From an uncultured virus (IMG/VR IMGVR_UViG_3300006145_000010) (taxonomy: Duplodnaviria > Heunggongvirae > Uroviricota > Caudoviricetes), in IMG/VR virus record IMGVR_UViG_3300006145_000010: a DNA stretch of 64,000 nt; one strand, written 5' to 3'. The first letter of the stretch is position 1. The number at the start of each line of letters is the position of its first letter. Position numbers and translations under genes: made by a program. Below are positions 27,064 through 36,444 of the stretch, piece by piece. The notes below the pieces were generated by a model. The model made no database searches, was not told the DNA's origin, and saw only the letters and a list, made by a program, of their open reading frames with translations.

Positions 27064-27795
27064 ATGGGAAGAAAAATTAACATTAAGAAGCGGGAAACGC
27101 ATGAAAAGACGCTGGAAATAGAACGGGGGGATGAAGGGGAAGTAAGGGCTGTGGGGAGGATTGTTTACACGGACAATCAGGAGGGCTGGAATGCCCGATG
27201 CCCGTCAATAGGGTCCGCTTATCCTGATGATGCCGCTTTGAGGCTCAAAAAGATAAGCATGGAAGGAATGGAGGGGGATATGGTGAGGGTGACGCTCTAT
27301 TACGAGTTGCCGCGGGAAACGTCTTTTGAATTCGGTGGAGGGGAGGAAGTGGAATATTCCATGGATTATTCCTGCTCTGAACAGCCGTTGCTGACGCATC
27401 CGGCCTTTCAGGATATAGACGGAGAAGAAAAAGATGCGTTGATGGCTATGGCGTCCGGGGCTTCTCCTAAAGATACGTTCGGGCAAGATGATAAGGTGAT
27501 TGAGGATGCCGTGAAATCGGAGGCCGGGAAGAAGGCCATGGAAAAGATGCGTAAAGGGCAGGTTAGTTTTTTGTGTCCCGGAGGGGTTTTTTCCGTCACT
27601 TCTACCGTTCAGGCGTTGAGCATGGCCGGGGTTGGAAAAAAAGGGGCTCCGGGCAGCGGCGCGCCCGCAGTAAGCGGAAAATATAATTGGATCAAAGAGG
27701 GCGTGAGCGGCCGGAGGACGGGAACCGGGAATTGGCGTCAGACGGTTTCCTGGAGGTTGAGCGGGCCGGATGGCTGGGATTCTGATTTGTATTGA
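27064..27795 (+). CDS. Distal tail/tail tip protein
   Basis: Follows the tape measure; EQPLLTHPAF motif. Confidence 0.55.
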   Translation: MGRKINIKKRETHEKTLEIERGDEGEVRAVGRIVYTDNQEGWNARCPSIGSAYPDDAALRLKKISMEGMEGDMVRVTLYYELPRETSFEFGGGEEVEYSMDYSCSEQPLLTHPAFQDIDGEEKDALMAMASGASPKDTFGQDDKVIEDAVKSEAGKKAMEKMRKGQVSFLCPGGVFSVTSTVQALSMAGVGKKGAPGSGAPAVSGKYNWIKEGVSGRRTGTGNWRQTVSWRLSGPDGWDSDLY

Positions 27796-27798
27796 CTT

Positions 27799-29661
27799 AT
27801 GATTAGCTGGCCGTTTTTTAATCAAGGGGAAGAGTTGAGCGCGTCTAAGTTGAGGCGTCTGGTTAAGGGGTGCCGGGAGCTGGAGCAGTTGGCTAAATCT
27901 TGCCGCTTGCAGAACGGGGTTGGTTACACGTTTAACCGGGGGCTGGGCGGCACGTCATTAACCATAAGACCAACGGGGGGAAGGAACAAAGCAGGAGAAG
28001 GCGAGCCGTTTACGCTGAAGAGGCTGGAAAAGGGGGATGCGGGATATAAGGCGTATTTCTGGCCCGGCATGGTTTTTGAAGTGCATCCGGGAGGCGTGCG
28101 GCGCATTAAGCCGGAACTTAACGGGGAAAAGATGGATCAGGCGGAGGAACCGCCTTTTTTATCCGTTCAAGGAGGGGATAAGGTATTTTTGTATCTTGAG
28201 CGGAGCGCGGATAACCATGATTGCATTACTTATGCGGAAGTGACGGCGGAGGAAATAGGGCTGGCGCGCGCGGTCAGAATTTATCTTGGGGAATTCAAGG
28301 AAGAAACGAATGAAGCCGGAGAAAAGATCCTGAAGTATCATGAGGCGTGGAGCGGCCATGTCCATTACGCGCAAAGCTCATTGAATGAAGGTTGGAGGGT
28401 GGTAGTTGATACGGATGAAGAGGGCGCGCCGGATATGGCCTATGTGAAGAAGGGCGATATTTACATAGCCGGGCAACTGGCGCAGCGCGGCGGGGGCACC
28501 TGGGAGGTGGCACCGAAAGAAGAGGGGGAAATTTGGCTGGAAGTGAAATGCACCGGGGATGGCGTCATTAAAAGTGCGGAACTGAAAGAAACGAAAGGAT
28601 CTTCCAAGCCGCTCCAGTATGTAGCGGAACCGGATGATGAAGAAGCCGAAGAGGAATTCACTTATTGCTTCCTTTTGGCGAAGGTGGAGAAGATTGAAGA
28701 ACCCTTGCCGGAGGATGGTAATTTGCCGTCTCTGGTATCGGTAAAACAGTATGCCCTGGGAGCGGTTTATTGCGGGGTTGCTCCTGATGAATTGGGGTTG
28801 AAAGCCGGGAAGGGGATAGAGATTGTGGATTCAGCGGAAGAGCGGGAAAAAGAAATTGCCGCTCTTATCGAGGACGCAAAGGAACCTTCCAGCGGAGATT
28901 GTTCCCTGATTTATGAAGAAGAGGAAGGCGCGGGGGAGGGTGAAGAAGGCGGTGAAAAAGGGAACAAGGGAAAACCTTACAAATTCAAGCTTTTGTGTGC
29001 TTCTGATGATTCTGTGTTGCTCAAAGAAGAAGATGGACGCATTTATTTTTCCGCATCCGGTAAAATGCCGGAAGCGGGGGATGGTCTTGAATATGAAAAG
29101 CAGCAGAACGGAGAAGGAATGGAGGAAGAAACTGATATATTAAAAATAAAAATTGATTCCTCCGTAGGTTCCAGCGTGGATGATGGCGGGAAATGGCCGG
29201 TGAATTTGTCCGTATCTCCAGCCGGGCTAAAGGGGGAATTGGATTTGACTGTGGACACGCAGAAGCATGACGTGGGCGGAGGCTATAAAGTGGGCTTGTC
29301 TGCGGCGGACAGGGGTACTTTGTCTTTGGAAGTAACTCCCGGAACTCCGGAAGAATCATTGTCGTTCCGTGCTCCACTCCGTCAAAATGGGAAATATGTG
29401 ATTCTGGATTATGAATCAAGTTGGTCTGATGCCGTCAACGGTGTGAAGGCAGGCCTGTTTCTGCGGAATAATAAATTGGCTGTGGAGCTGTACGCAGACA
29501 CGGAGCCGGATGGCTCTGATAATCTTATAAGCGATTCATGGACAGTGTTGGCTTGCGATAGCGACCACGCAATACGCCTGCACCGAGATGAAAACGGAAA
29601 AATCTATATCCAGCAGGGGGGCTGGGTTGTAACCTCCAAAATTTATACACCGATAAATTGA
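27799..29661 (+). CDS. Acidic tail tip protein
   Basis: 620 aa in the tail module. Confidence 0.55.
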   Translation: MISWPFFNQGEELSASKLRRLVKGCRELEQLAKSCRLQNGVGYTFNRGLGGTSLTIRPTGGRNKAGEGEPFTLKRLEKGDAGYKAYFWPGMVFEVHPGGVRRIKPELNGEKMDQAEEPPFLSVQGGDKVFLYLERSADNHDCITYAEVTAEEIGLARAVRIYLGEFKEETNEAGEKILKYHEAWSGHVHYAQSSLNEGWRVVVDTDEEGAPDMAYVKKGDIYIAGQLAQRGGGTWEVAPKEEGEIWLEVKCTGDGVIKSAELKETKGSSKPLQYVAEPDDEEAEEEFTYCFLLAKVEKIEEPLPEDGNLPSLVSVKQYALGAVYCGVAPDELGLKAGKGIEIVDSAEEREKEIAALIEDAKEPSSGDCSLIYEEEEGAGEGEEGGEKGNKGKPYKFKLLCASDDSVLLKEEDGRIYFSASGKMPEAGDGLEYEKQQNGEGMEEETDILKIKIDSSVGSSVDDGGKWPVNLSVSPAGLKGELDLTVDTQKHDVGGGYKVGLSAADRGTLSLEVTPGTPEESLSFRAPLRQNGKYVILDYESSWSDAVNGVKAGLFLRNNKLAVELYADTEPDGSDNLISDSWTVLACDSDHAIRLHRDENGKIYIQQGGWVVTSKIYTPIN

Positions 29662-29666
29662 TAAAA

Positions 29667-30440
29667 ATGAATTACGCAATATTCTGTTATAGAGAAGATT
29701 ATAAATGCCTTGAATTGTGCGTTAAGCAAATTCGGCGGGCGGATTGTAATGCCAGAATTTATTTATTTGATGACGGGGCGCGCCCGTTAGAGCCGGGGCA
29801 GATACCCGCGGGGAAGGATGTGAGTTACAAAGTGACGTATTTTCCCCGGCGTGGAAATTTGAATGGTCTGGAATGTGTGCGGGGCATCCTGGGCTGCATG
29901 CTGGATATACCGGGCAAAGAGCCTGTGGTGAAGATAGATGCAGATACCTTGCTTATGGATAAAGCTGAAATTGTCCGATCCCTGAAAGAGCGGAACAAGC
30001 TTGCCGGGGGCATGCAATGTGCCGAGCCTCTGGCGTGGAGCGGTTGTTGCTACTGGATGACCAGGGCCGCCATGAGGGATGCTCTGGAGCTATTGGCGCA
30101 AAGGGAATGGCCGGAGGGGAAGCAGAAGTACCCGGAAGATGTGACGATCTCTCAAATTGTGACTTATCTCTACGGGAGGGAAGGCGTAGATATGCTGGAG
30201 TTCCGCGGAGGGCGTCATTTAATCGGTGTACGGACATGTGATCCGTCCCTGCTGGTCAAGATTGCGGAAATTGCCAAGAGCGGGGTATGTGTCGCTCATT
30301 GCGGGCAGATGTCTTTTTACCGGCAATTTCAAGAGCAATATGGGGAGACGCTGCGTGAAGCGTGCGCGCGGGTGATGTGGTGGATATTGCATGCTAGCGG
30401 TCCTGATTCCAAGACTTTTGAAAAAGCTCCTGAAGGGTAG
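29667..30440 (+). CDS. GT-A fold glycosyltransferase-like protein
   Basis: YLFDDG, VKIDAD (DxD) and PEDVTI motifs. Confidence 0.6.
   Translation: MNYAIFCYREDYKCLELCVKQIRRADCNARIYLFDDGARPLEPGQIPAGKDVSYKVTYFPRRGNLNGLECVRGILGCMLDIPGKEPVVKIDADTLLMDKAEIVRSLKERNKLAGGMQCAEPLAWSGCCYWMTRAAMRDALELLAQREWPEGKQKYPEDVTISQIVTYLYGREGVDMLEFRGGRHLIGVRTCDPSLLVKIAEIAKSGVCVAHCGQMSFYRQFQEQYGETLREACARVMWWILHASGPDSKTFEKAPEG
30416..30439 (+). promoter_or_regulatory. Phage A late-gene motif, copy 4
   Basis: Exact 24-bp match 2 nt before the tail fibre ATG. Confidence 0.75.
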
Positions 30441-30441
30441 G

Positions 30442-32400
30442 ATGGAGCTTTATTTGGATATTGAGAGCGGGATTTTTCGGAACCGCACGGGTGATGAAAA
30501 TATGAATTTGTGCGGGGTGCGTCTTGTCCGCAGGCAGGATGTGCCCGTGTCTTTATCCTTTTTGGGGCGTGAGCTTGAGGCCGGGCGCGTCACGTTGGCG
30601 GCCTATCATAAAAGTAACGGGCAGTTATTGGCTTACCAGGAAGGGCAAATAACGGGCGGGACCGTGGAAATGGTGGTTGATTTTGATACACAGGAAATAC
30701 GGGGGGCGGCCCGGGAAGCGGAGGGCAAAACTATAGAGGCGCGGGTGGCTGTGCTGGTGGAGACGGAGGAAGGGAAAGGTGTTTATCATTCTCTTCCGTT
30801 GAATTTCTATTTGGAGCCGGGGTTGATAGGAGATGAGCATTTGCCGAATTCTGCCCGGCCGGAATGGGAAATGATGTATGAAACTGTGTTGGAAAGAGCC
30901 GAAGAAACGGAAGGTTATGCAGGTTCCGCTTTGGCCTCCAAAAGGGCCGCCGCCGCTTCCGAGGCCGCCGCCGGCACGTCCGCAACCAACGCGGCCCGTG
31001 ACGCTAAGAGTGCCCATGAAGCTAAAACGGCTGTGGAGTCGCTGGCTACCACTTGGCCGGAAACGGTCAGCAATGGAAAGCAACAGATTATTGAGGCCAA
31101 GAATGAGGCTGTTACTGCTATTCAGGACAAGCAAGCCAATTCTGTTCTTGCCGTGGGGAGAGCACAAAAAACTGCTACGGATAAGATTTCCGGAGCGCAG
31201 GCGGGCGCCGTTTCCGCCGTTCAGGCGGCGGGAAAGGAAGCGCAAGGAACAATCACGCCCCTTGTCCAACGTGTCGAAACCGCTAAAGAGGCTATAGATC
31301 AGGCGGAGGGTCGCATCAATACGGCCGCGACTAATGCCGCGAATTCTGCCACTAGCGCGGGCAACTCTGCAACAGCGGCGGCTAATGCTCTGGCGGCTAT
31401 TCCGCAGGTGGACGAATCCGGCAACATGACGCTTCCCGGCAATATCACTGCCGCGGGAGGCACGTTTGACGGGACCGTCAACGCCAACGGCGGCATCAAC
31501 ATCCCGCTGGCCGTGGGGGCGCCGACCAATGAATCCGGCGTTAATCGCCTGTACGCTTCCGGGCTGGCCGCCGTGACGGAGGCGTTTTCTCCTCAGAGTT
31601 TCCTTTCTGATTTTAATTTGTACGGCGAGAGCGTCGCCGTAGAACAGACGGTTCCCGGCCAGGTGTGGCGACTCCGCAAGATGTCCGCATATCCGGGAAC
31701 AATTCAGATTAACCTGATAAATCCATTTTTAGGAGTATCCAATTATTCTGGATGGAGCGGGTTTGTCCTGCCAGTCGCTTTGGGCAATACCGGCAGTACT
31801 GCCGCCCGCAAACTGACTTTCTCGTTGGGAAGGCCGGGAAATTTCGTCAAGAAGACGGCGGCGGAGATGGATATGTTCACGCTGTCTCCGGCCTCCGGTA
31901 GTACCGCGAGTTTCCCGCGGTTTGTTGATGTGACGTTTTACATGGTTAATGACGCGTCCATGAATCCGGCGGGTTATCCGGTGAGGGTGAGGGAACTCGT
32001 CTATGATTCCACTCAGGCCAAGTGGTTATGTTATGAAACGCTTTCCGTTTTCCCGTCCACCAATACCAACCCGTCCTGCAATATGTTTCTTTCTTATCAA
32101 CAGGATAGGCCGGGCCGCGACGTCAGAGCGGGATTGTGGATTGGCTCTAATGCGGCGGATTCTCGCCGTTTGTTGTGCATTGCCGACATGCACGGCGTTG
32201 TTGACACGTTCTCCTGGACTGGCGTTGGGGCTTTGTATTGGGATAGCGACGGGACCAATACGCATAGTTATCTTGGAGCGATGCGGCAGATGACGGCTCC
32301 GGGGTATAACCAGCCTAATGGGGCTTATGATGCGTTCCGGGCGTTGGAAACCCGGTTGATACAGTCAACCACCGTAACAGAATTTACACCTTATGAATAA
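30442..32400 (+). CDS. Tail fibre / receptor-binding protein
   Basis: N-terminal anchor, Ala-rich coiled shaft (ASEAAAGTSATNAA), beta-rich C-terminal head. Confidence 0.8.
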   Translation: MELYLDIESGIFRNRTGDENMNLCGVRLVRRQDVPVSLSFLGRELEAGRVTLAAYHKSNGQLLAYQEGQITGGTVEMVVDFDTQEIRGAAREAEGKTIEARVAVLVETEEGKGVYHSLPLNFYLEPGLIGDEHLPNSARPEWEMMYETVLERAEETEGYAGSALASKRAAAASEAAAGTSATNAARDAKSAHEAKTAVESLATTWPETVSNGKQQIIEAKNEAVTAIQDKQANSVLAVGRAQKTATDKISGAQAGAVSAVQAAGKEAQGTITPLVQRVETAKEAIDQAEGRINTAATNAANSATSAGNSATAAANALAAIPQVDESGNMTLPGNITAAGGTFDGTVNANGGINIPLAVGAPTNESGVNRLYASGLAAVTEAFSPQSFLSDFNLYGESVAVEQTVPGQVWRLRKMSAYPGTIQINLINPFLGVSNYSGWSGFVLPVALGNTGSTAARKLTFSLGRPGNFVKKTAAEMDMFTLSPASGSTASFPRFVDVTFYMVNDASMNPAGYPVRVRELVYDSTQAKWLCYETLSVFPSTNTNPSCNMFLSYQQDRPGRDVRAGLWIGSNAADSRRLLCIADMHGVVDTFSWTGVGALYWDSDGTNTHSYLGAMRQMTAPGYNQPNGAYDAFRALETRLIQSTTVTEFTPYE

Positions 32401-32812
32401 TTCAGAAATACAGATTCAGTTCCCCCGGCCCGGCAACTGGCAGGAATTCACCCTGACGCCCATTTACCGGGACGCGGGCGGTTATAGACCTCCGGCCCGC
32501 TTTAATCAGGACGATATACCCGCGGATCAGGCTCCGGCCATGGAGGCCGTCGTTGCCGCGCTGGTTGGACTGGCGGAACCGTGGCTGGCGGTGCAGGTGT
32601 GGGCGCGGCTGAAAGAGTTTTACGCTCCGGAGGAGGATGACCCCATGCGGACGGTGGAAGCCGTGGATTTGACCGTGGAGGCCGTTAATCCCCACGGGGG
32701 ACGCAGGGTGTTCACTGCCCGTGACTACCCGGCTTTTATCCTGACCGACCTCGCCGCCGTGGCGTTTTTCAATTTCTTCACTACCCCTACCAATAACAAC
32801 ATAATCAAATGA
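32393..32812 (+). CDS. Tail-fibre-associated protein
   Basis: Overlaps the fibre gene end. Confidence 0.55.
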   Translation: MNNSEIQIQFPRPGNWQEFTLTPIYRDAGGYRPPARFNQDDIPADQAPAMEAVVAALVGLAEPWLAVQVWARLKEFYAPEEDDPMRTVEAVDLTVEAVNPHGGRRVFTARDYPAFILTDLAAVAFFNFFTTPTNNNIIK

Positions 32813-33276
32813 CTACTAACAATCAATGCAATCACGCGGAGGCAATAGCTAAGGACCTGTACCATACCTATGCCATCGCCAAGAACCTGTCCACGCATAG
32901 GCCGATGCTGGAATACGCTGACCTTTCGGACGATGATAAGGCCGGATGGCTGGCTGTTGCACATCAAGCGCTACCAACCATTGCAGAACATGCGATGGAA
33001 GATGTAAGGAGCTACCTCACCGGGCAGGCCAAGACCTCCACCGGCTGGAAGAAAGCCCTCTATTGGGCCGGGGTGGGTATTGTCGGCGCCATCCTTGGCG
33101 GTTTGGGAATGTCCCTCTCCGGCTGCGGGCACTCCGTGGACGTGACGCCGGAAAAGACGGTGGTCTGCAAAGACGGCTCCTGCCTCGTCATTGAGCAGGG
33201 GCATATCTCCTACAGTCAGGCCCAGCCGGAAACGGACGTTCCGCCCGTTGTTCAGATCGTACCTTCCAAGAAATAA
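32809..33276 (+). CDS. Lysis-module membrane protein with internal lipobox-like LSGC
   Basis: TM segment ALYWAGVGIVGAILGGLGMSLSGC. Confidence 0.55.
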   Translation: MTTNNQCNHAEAIAKDLYHTYAIAKNLSTHRPMLEYADLSDDDKAGWLAVAHQALPTIAEHAMEDVRSYLTGQAKTSTGWKKALYWAGVGIVGAILGGLGMSLSGCGHSVDVTPEKTVVCKDGSCLVIEQGHISYSQAQPETDVPPVVQIVPSKK

Positions 33277-33280
33277 GGCC

Positions 33281-33508
33281 ATGTGCAAACCCCTCAAGGA
33301 ATATCTGGGAGTGATCCGCGATTATACGCGTGAGATCGTCACTTTCGGCGGTTTTGTGATAGCCGTGTTCATCTACCTGGATTTCCGCGAGGTGGTGAAG
33401 GAACAGGCTACCAACGCGGCCCATACGGCGGAGATCCTGCGGACGATGGATACCCGTCTCCAGCATTTGGAGAATTACCACCAGCAACAGCTTAAACAGC
33501 GAGATTAA
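33281..33508 (+). CDS. Holin-like single-TM protein
   Basis: IVTFGGFVIAVFIYL followed by a coiled coil; upstream of the amidase. Confidence 0.55.
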   Translation: MCKPLKEYLGVIRDYTREIVTFGGFVIAVFIYLDFREVVKEQATNAAHTAEILRTMDTRLQHLENYHQQQLKQRD

Positions 33509-33577
33509 TTCCAACTGTAAAGTTTTTCTTACAAGTTCCCTTTATCTCATAGCCAATAGTTTATAACTTAATTAACC

Positions 33578-33763
33578 ATGCCGGAACGATACCTTTATTT
33601 ACTCGTCATTGAAACTCCCGGACGCAAGCAGGAGATGCACATGCTGCACAGCAGGAAGCAGCGTACAGCCTACAAAGCCCAACACGCGGAATGGCATCTC
33701 AACAGCACCTACGTGGAGTATGACTTGCCGGAACATCTTATTAACCAATACCTGAACAAATGA
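33578..33763 (+). CDS. Hypothetical protein
   Basis: ATGA-coupled to the amidase. Confidence 0.55.
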   Translation: MPERYLYLLVIETPGRKQEMHMLHSRKQRTAYKAQHAEWHLNSTYVEYDLPEHLINQYLNK

Positions 33764-34302
33764 ATATCGCTTTAGACATCGGACACGCCAAAGGAACCGG
33801 AGCTCGTGGAAACGGGCTGGAAGAGCACGACGTGGCATGTGTGATAGCACGCCATCTTTTTGCGCAGTTGAAGGATATGGGACATACCGTCCATGTTCTT
33901 GACTTTCCGGACAAAGGCAATACGGAAGACCTGAACGCCACCATCAAGGTTGCCAATGCGGACGGATACGACTTCGGTATTTCCCTGCATTGCGATTGCG
34001 CCCATGACAGACAGAATGCCTGTGGCGCTCATGTATGCTTTTATCCTGGATCTGTTCAGGGAAGCCGCCTGGCCGCCTGTATCGCCGAGCCTCTGGCAGA
34101 CCTTCTGCCGGGACGAGCCAATACGATTCAAGCCCGGCCGGGGCTGGCCATCCTCAAGCAGACTCGTATGCCATGGGTATTGTGCGAATGCGGGTTTATC
34201 AGTAACGCCGGGGATGCGGATATCATGAAGCATCATCCGGAGAGCATTGCCAACGCGATTGCCGAGGGCGTCCGGGATTTTACGGCGCAGGAGCTTGTTT
34301 AG
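33760..34302 (+). CDS. N-acetylmuramoyl-L-alanine amidase (Amidase_3) endolysin
   Basis: ALDIGH, EEHD, ISLHCD, LCECGFISN. Confidence 0.92.
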   Translation: MNIALDIGHAKGTGARGNGLEEHDVACVIARHLFAQLKDMGHTVHVLDFPDKGNTEDLNATIKVANADGYDFGISLHCDCAHDRQNACGAHVCFYPGSVQGSRLAACIAEPLADLLPGRANTIQARPGLAILKQTRMPWVLCECGFISNAGDADIMKHHPESIANAIAEGVRDFTAQELV

Positions 34303-34321
34303 TTGTTTTCCATTAGTTGTT

Positions 34322-34531
34322 ATGGGATCTATTTTCAAACCTAAAGTGACACAGGCTCCGGCTCCGCCGGTAGTAGAAGAGCCGCTGAATCCGACGGCTA
34401 CGGAGAAGTCTGTTTCCGATGCTTCGGAGGATGTTCAGACCAAAAGTAAGCGCAGGTTGAAGCTGTCCGATACGGTGAATAATCCGAATCTGTCCGGCGG
34501 TTTGTCCACGTTGCGCAAAACCCTGGGATAG
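34322..34531 (+). CDS. Small pre-portal virion protein of podovirus type
   Basis: MGSIFKPKV..PAPP...RKTLG, typical of the gene before T7/BPP-1-like portals. Confidence 0.7.
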   Translation: MGSIFKPKVTQAPAPPVVEEPLNPTATEKSVSDASEDVQTKSKRRLKLSDTVNNPNLSGGLSTLRKTLG

Positions 34532-34536
34532 CAGCC

Positions 34537-36186
34537 ATGGAGGTACGCGATTACATTTCCCTGGCAGATAATCTGCGCACGGAACGCGCCGCTTTTGAAG
34601 GCGGCTGGGATGAAATGCGCCGTATTATCATGCCCAGGGCTACGGGCAACGCTTATCCCGACCGCGTACCTGATCACAGCGGTGGATTGGAGCATAGCGA
34701 CGTCGCCAATAACAGCCTGAAGAAGCTGGCATCCGCCCATTTGACTTATATTACGCCTTTGGACAGGCGCTGGTTTACCTTGCGCCCGGTAGGTTTTAAT
34801 AAGGATGGGAATCAGGCTTTGAATGATTGGTACAGCAAGGTTACGGAGGTGATGGAGCGGGAACTTGCCGTTTCCAATTTTTATTCAGTGATTCATGAGG
34901 TTTACCTTGATCGCTGCCTGACGGGAACCGGCTGCATGTTTGCCGAGATGAATATTAACAGGCAGCTGATTTTCCGGCACATTCCCACGGGAACTTACGC
35001 TATCGCGGAGTCGGAGTCAGGGGATGTTGATACGCTGGTGCGCTGGTTCCGGCTGACGGCTCACCAGGCGGCGCAGAAGTGGAAGGAGGAGGCTCTGGGC
35101 CCAAAAGTGCGGAGAGCGCTCAAGGATGCCAGGAGACGCTATACGGATTCTTTCGAGTTTGTGCAATGCGTCCTGCCTAACCCGCAGGGCAAGCTGTTGT
35201 CCGACCATGTGCCGCCTGGCAAGAGAGCGTGGAAGGACGTCATTATTTCGTTGGACGATAAGAAGATTGTGTTTGAGAGCGGTTTTTTCGAATTTCCGTT
35301 TCTGGTGACGCGCTTTCTGCGCTGGGGAGACAGCCCCTACGGGGTGGGACCGGCATGGTTCGCGCGGCGCACGATCCGCATGGCTATCGACATGGAGAAG
35401 ATTCTTTACACGCTGGGACAGACAAAGGCTTATCCGAGGCTTTTCCTGCTGGCAGAGCAGTATGGGGAGGTGGATTTGCGCGCCGGAGGCAGGACCGTCA
35501 TTTCTCCGGAAGCGGCGGAACTTGGCTTGCCGCGCGAATGGGGCACACAAGGGGAGTATGATATCGGGCTGGAATACCTGCGGGGCCTGTACGCCAAGAT
35601 TGAAGAGGCTTTTTACGTTCCCATGCTGGAAACCGTTTCCCGCATCGACCGCCAGATGACGGCTACGGAGGTGGCGGCCCGGGAAGCCGAGAAGGTGCTT
35701 GGGTTTACGCCTTCTTTTACGTTGTTTGTGAGCGATTTCAGGATGATGTGCCAGCGTATTATGGCCCTGTTGTACCGCGCCGGGAAACTTCCGGAGCCGG
35801 TTCAGGGCGTGTTTGAGGTCAACCGGCGGGGCGCTCCTACACGCCTGGCCGTCCCCCAGGTTCAGTTCATGGGCAAGATTGCCCAGGCGATTGCACGTAC
35901 ACAGACGGACGGCTTGATGACGGCTCTTGAGTCTATCGGCACTTTGTCGCAGATGACCGGCCGACCGGAGCTGCTGGATATTGTGAATCTCAATAAGGCC
36001 GGGGAATTGATTTACGATTCCAAGGGCGCCCCGATGGAGTGCAAGGCGACAGAGGATGAGGTGAAGGAGAAGGAGACTGAAAGGAAGAATCAGCAGGAAG
36101 CGGCCATACAGGCAGCCATTGCCGAACAGTCCTCCGTGGCTAACAGGAATAATGCCCAGGCCCAGCAGGCTTTACAAACGACATGA
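34537..36186 (+). CDS. Portal (head-tail connector), T7/BPP-1 family
   Basis: WFTL, SNFYSVIHEVYLD..GTG, PYGVGP, MTATEV motifs. Confidence 0.92.
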   Translation: MEVRDYISLADNLRTERAAFEGGWDEMRRIIMPRATGNAYPDRVPDHSGGLEHSDVANNSLKKLASAHLTYITPLDRRWFTLRPVGFNKDGNQALNDWYSKVTEVMERELAVSNFYSVIHEVYLDRCLTGTGCMFAEMNINRQLIFRHIPTGTYAIAESESGDVDTLVRWFRLTAHQAAQKWKEEALGPKVRRALKDARRRYTDSFEFVQCVLPNPQGKLLSDHVPPGKRAWKDVIISLDDKKIVFESGFFEFPFLVTRFLRWGDSPYGVGPAWFARRTIRMAIDMEKILYTLGQTKAYPRLFLLAEQYGEVDLRAGGRTVISPEAAELGLPREWGTQGEYDIGLEYLRGLYAKIEEAFYVPMLETVSRIDRQMTATEVAAREAEKVLGFTPSFTLFVSDFRMMCQRIMALLYRAGKLPEPVQGVFEVNRRGAPTRLAVPQVQFMGKIAQAIARTQTDGLMTALESIGTLSQMTGRPELLDIVNLNKAGELIYDSKGAPMECKATEDEVKEKETERKNQQEAAIQAAIAEQSSVANRNNAQAQQALQTT

Positions 36187-36434
36187 AGACAGACCCCACC
36201 AATAAGTACGAACAGTACATGAAGCGCCGCAGAAGGATTTTCCGGGAAGCATTCAGGAATCCGGAAGTCCTGGAGGAGCTGAAGAGACATTTCCAGACCG
36301 ATCTTCCCTGTTTCCAGGGGAAGGCCGGTTCTTACGACCCCCTTGACGCTATGCGTCGAGACGCCTACCGCGAGGTGGTTTTGTTCATCGAAGCGGTCAT
36401 GGGCAATCATTACGAACCAGAAGAAGAGATATAG
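36183..36434 (+). CDS. Bbp19-like small protein
   Basis: FRNPEVLEEL...DAYREVVLFI; between portal and scaffold. Confidence 0.7.
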   Translation: MKTDPTNKYEQYMKRRRRIFREAFRNPEVLEELKRHFQTDLPCFQGKAGSYDPLDAMRRDAYREVVLFIEAVMGNHYEPEEEI

Positions 36435-36444
36435 AAGAAGTACC

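Larger units (their letters stand above)
1..34302. mobile_element. Temperate siphovirus-like phage A (right boundary uncertain, ~31-34.3 kb)
   Basis: Replication, integration, immunity, head, tail and lysis modules are all present. Confidence 0.85.

Noticed and set aside
16789..30439. CRISPR array from the 24-bp repeats
   Set aside because: Copies are kilobases apart at gene starts with no regular spacers; no cas genes seen
30442..32812. Invertible tail-fibre shufflon
   Set aside because: No invertase, inverted alternative fibre ends or flanking inverted repeats noticed
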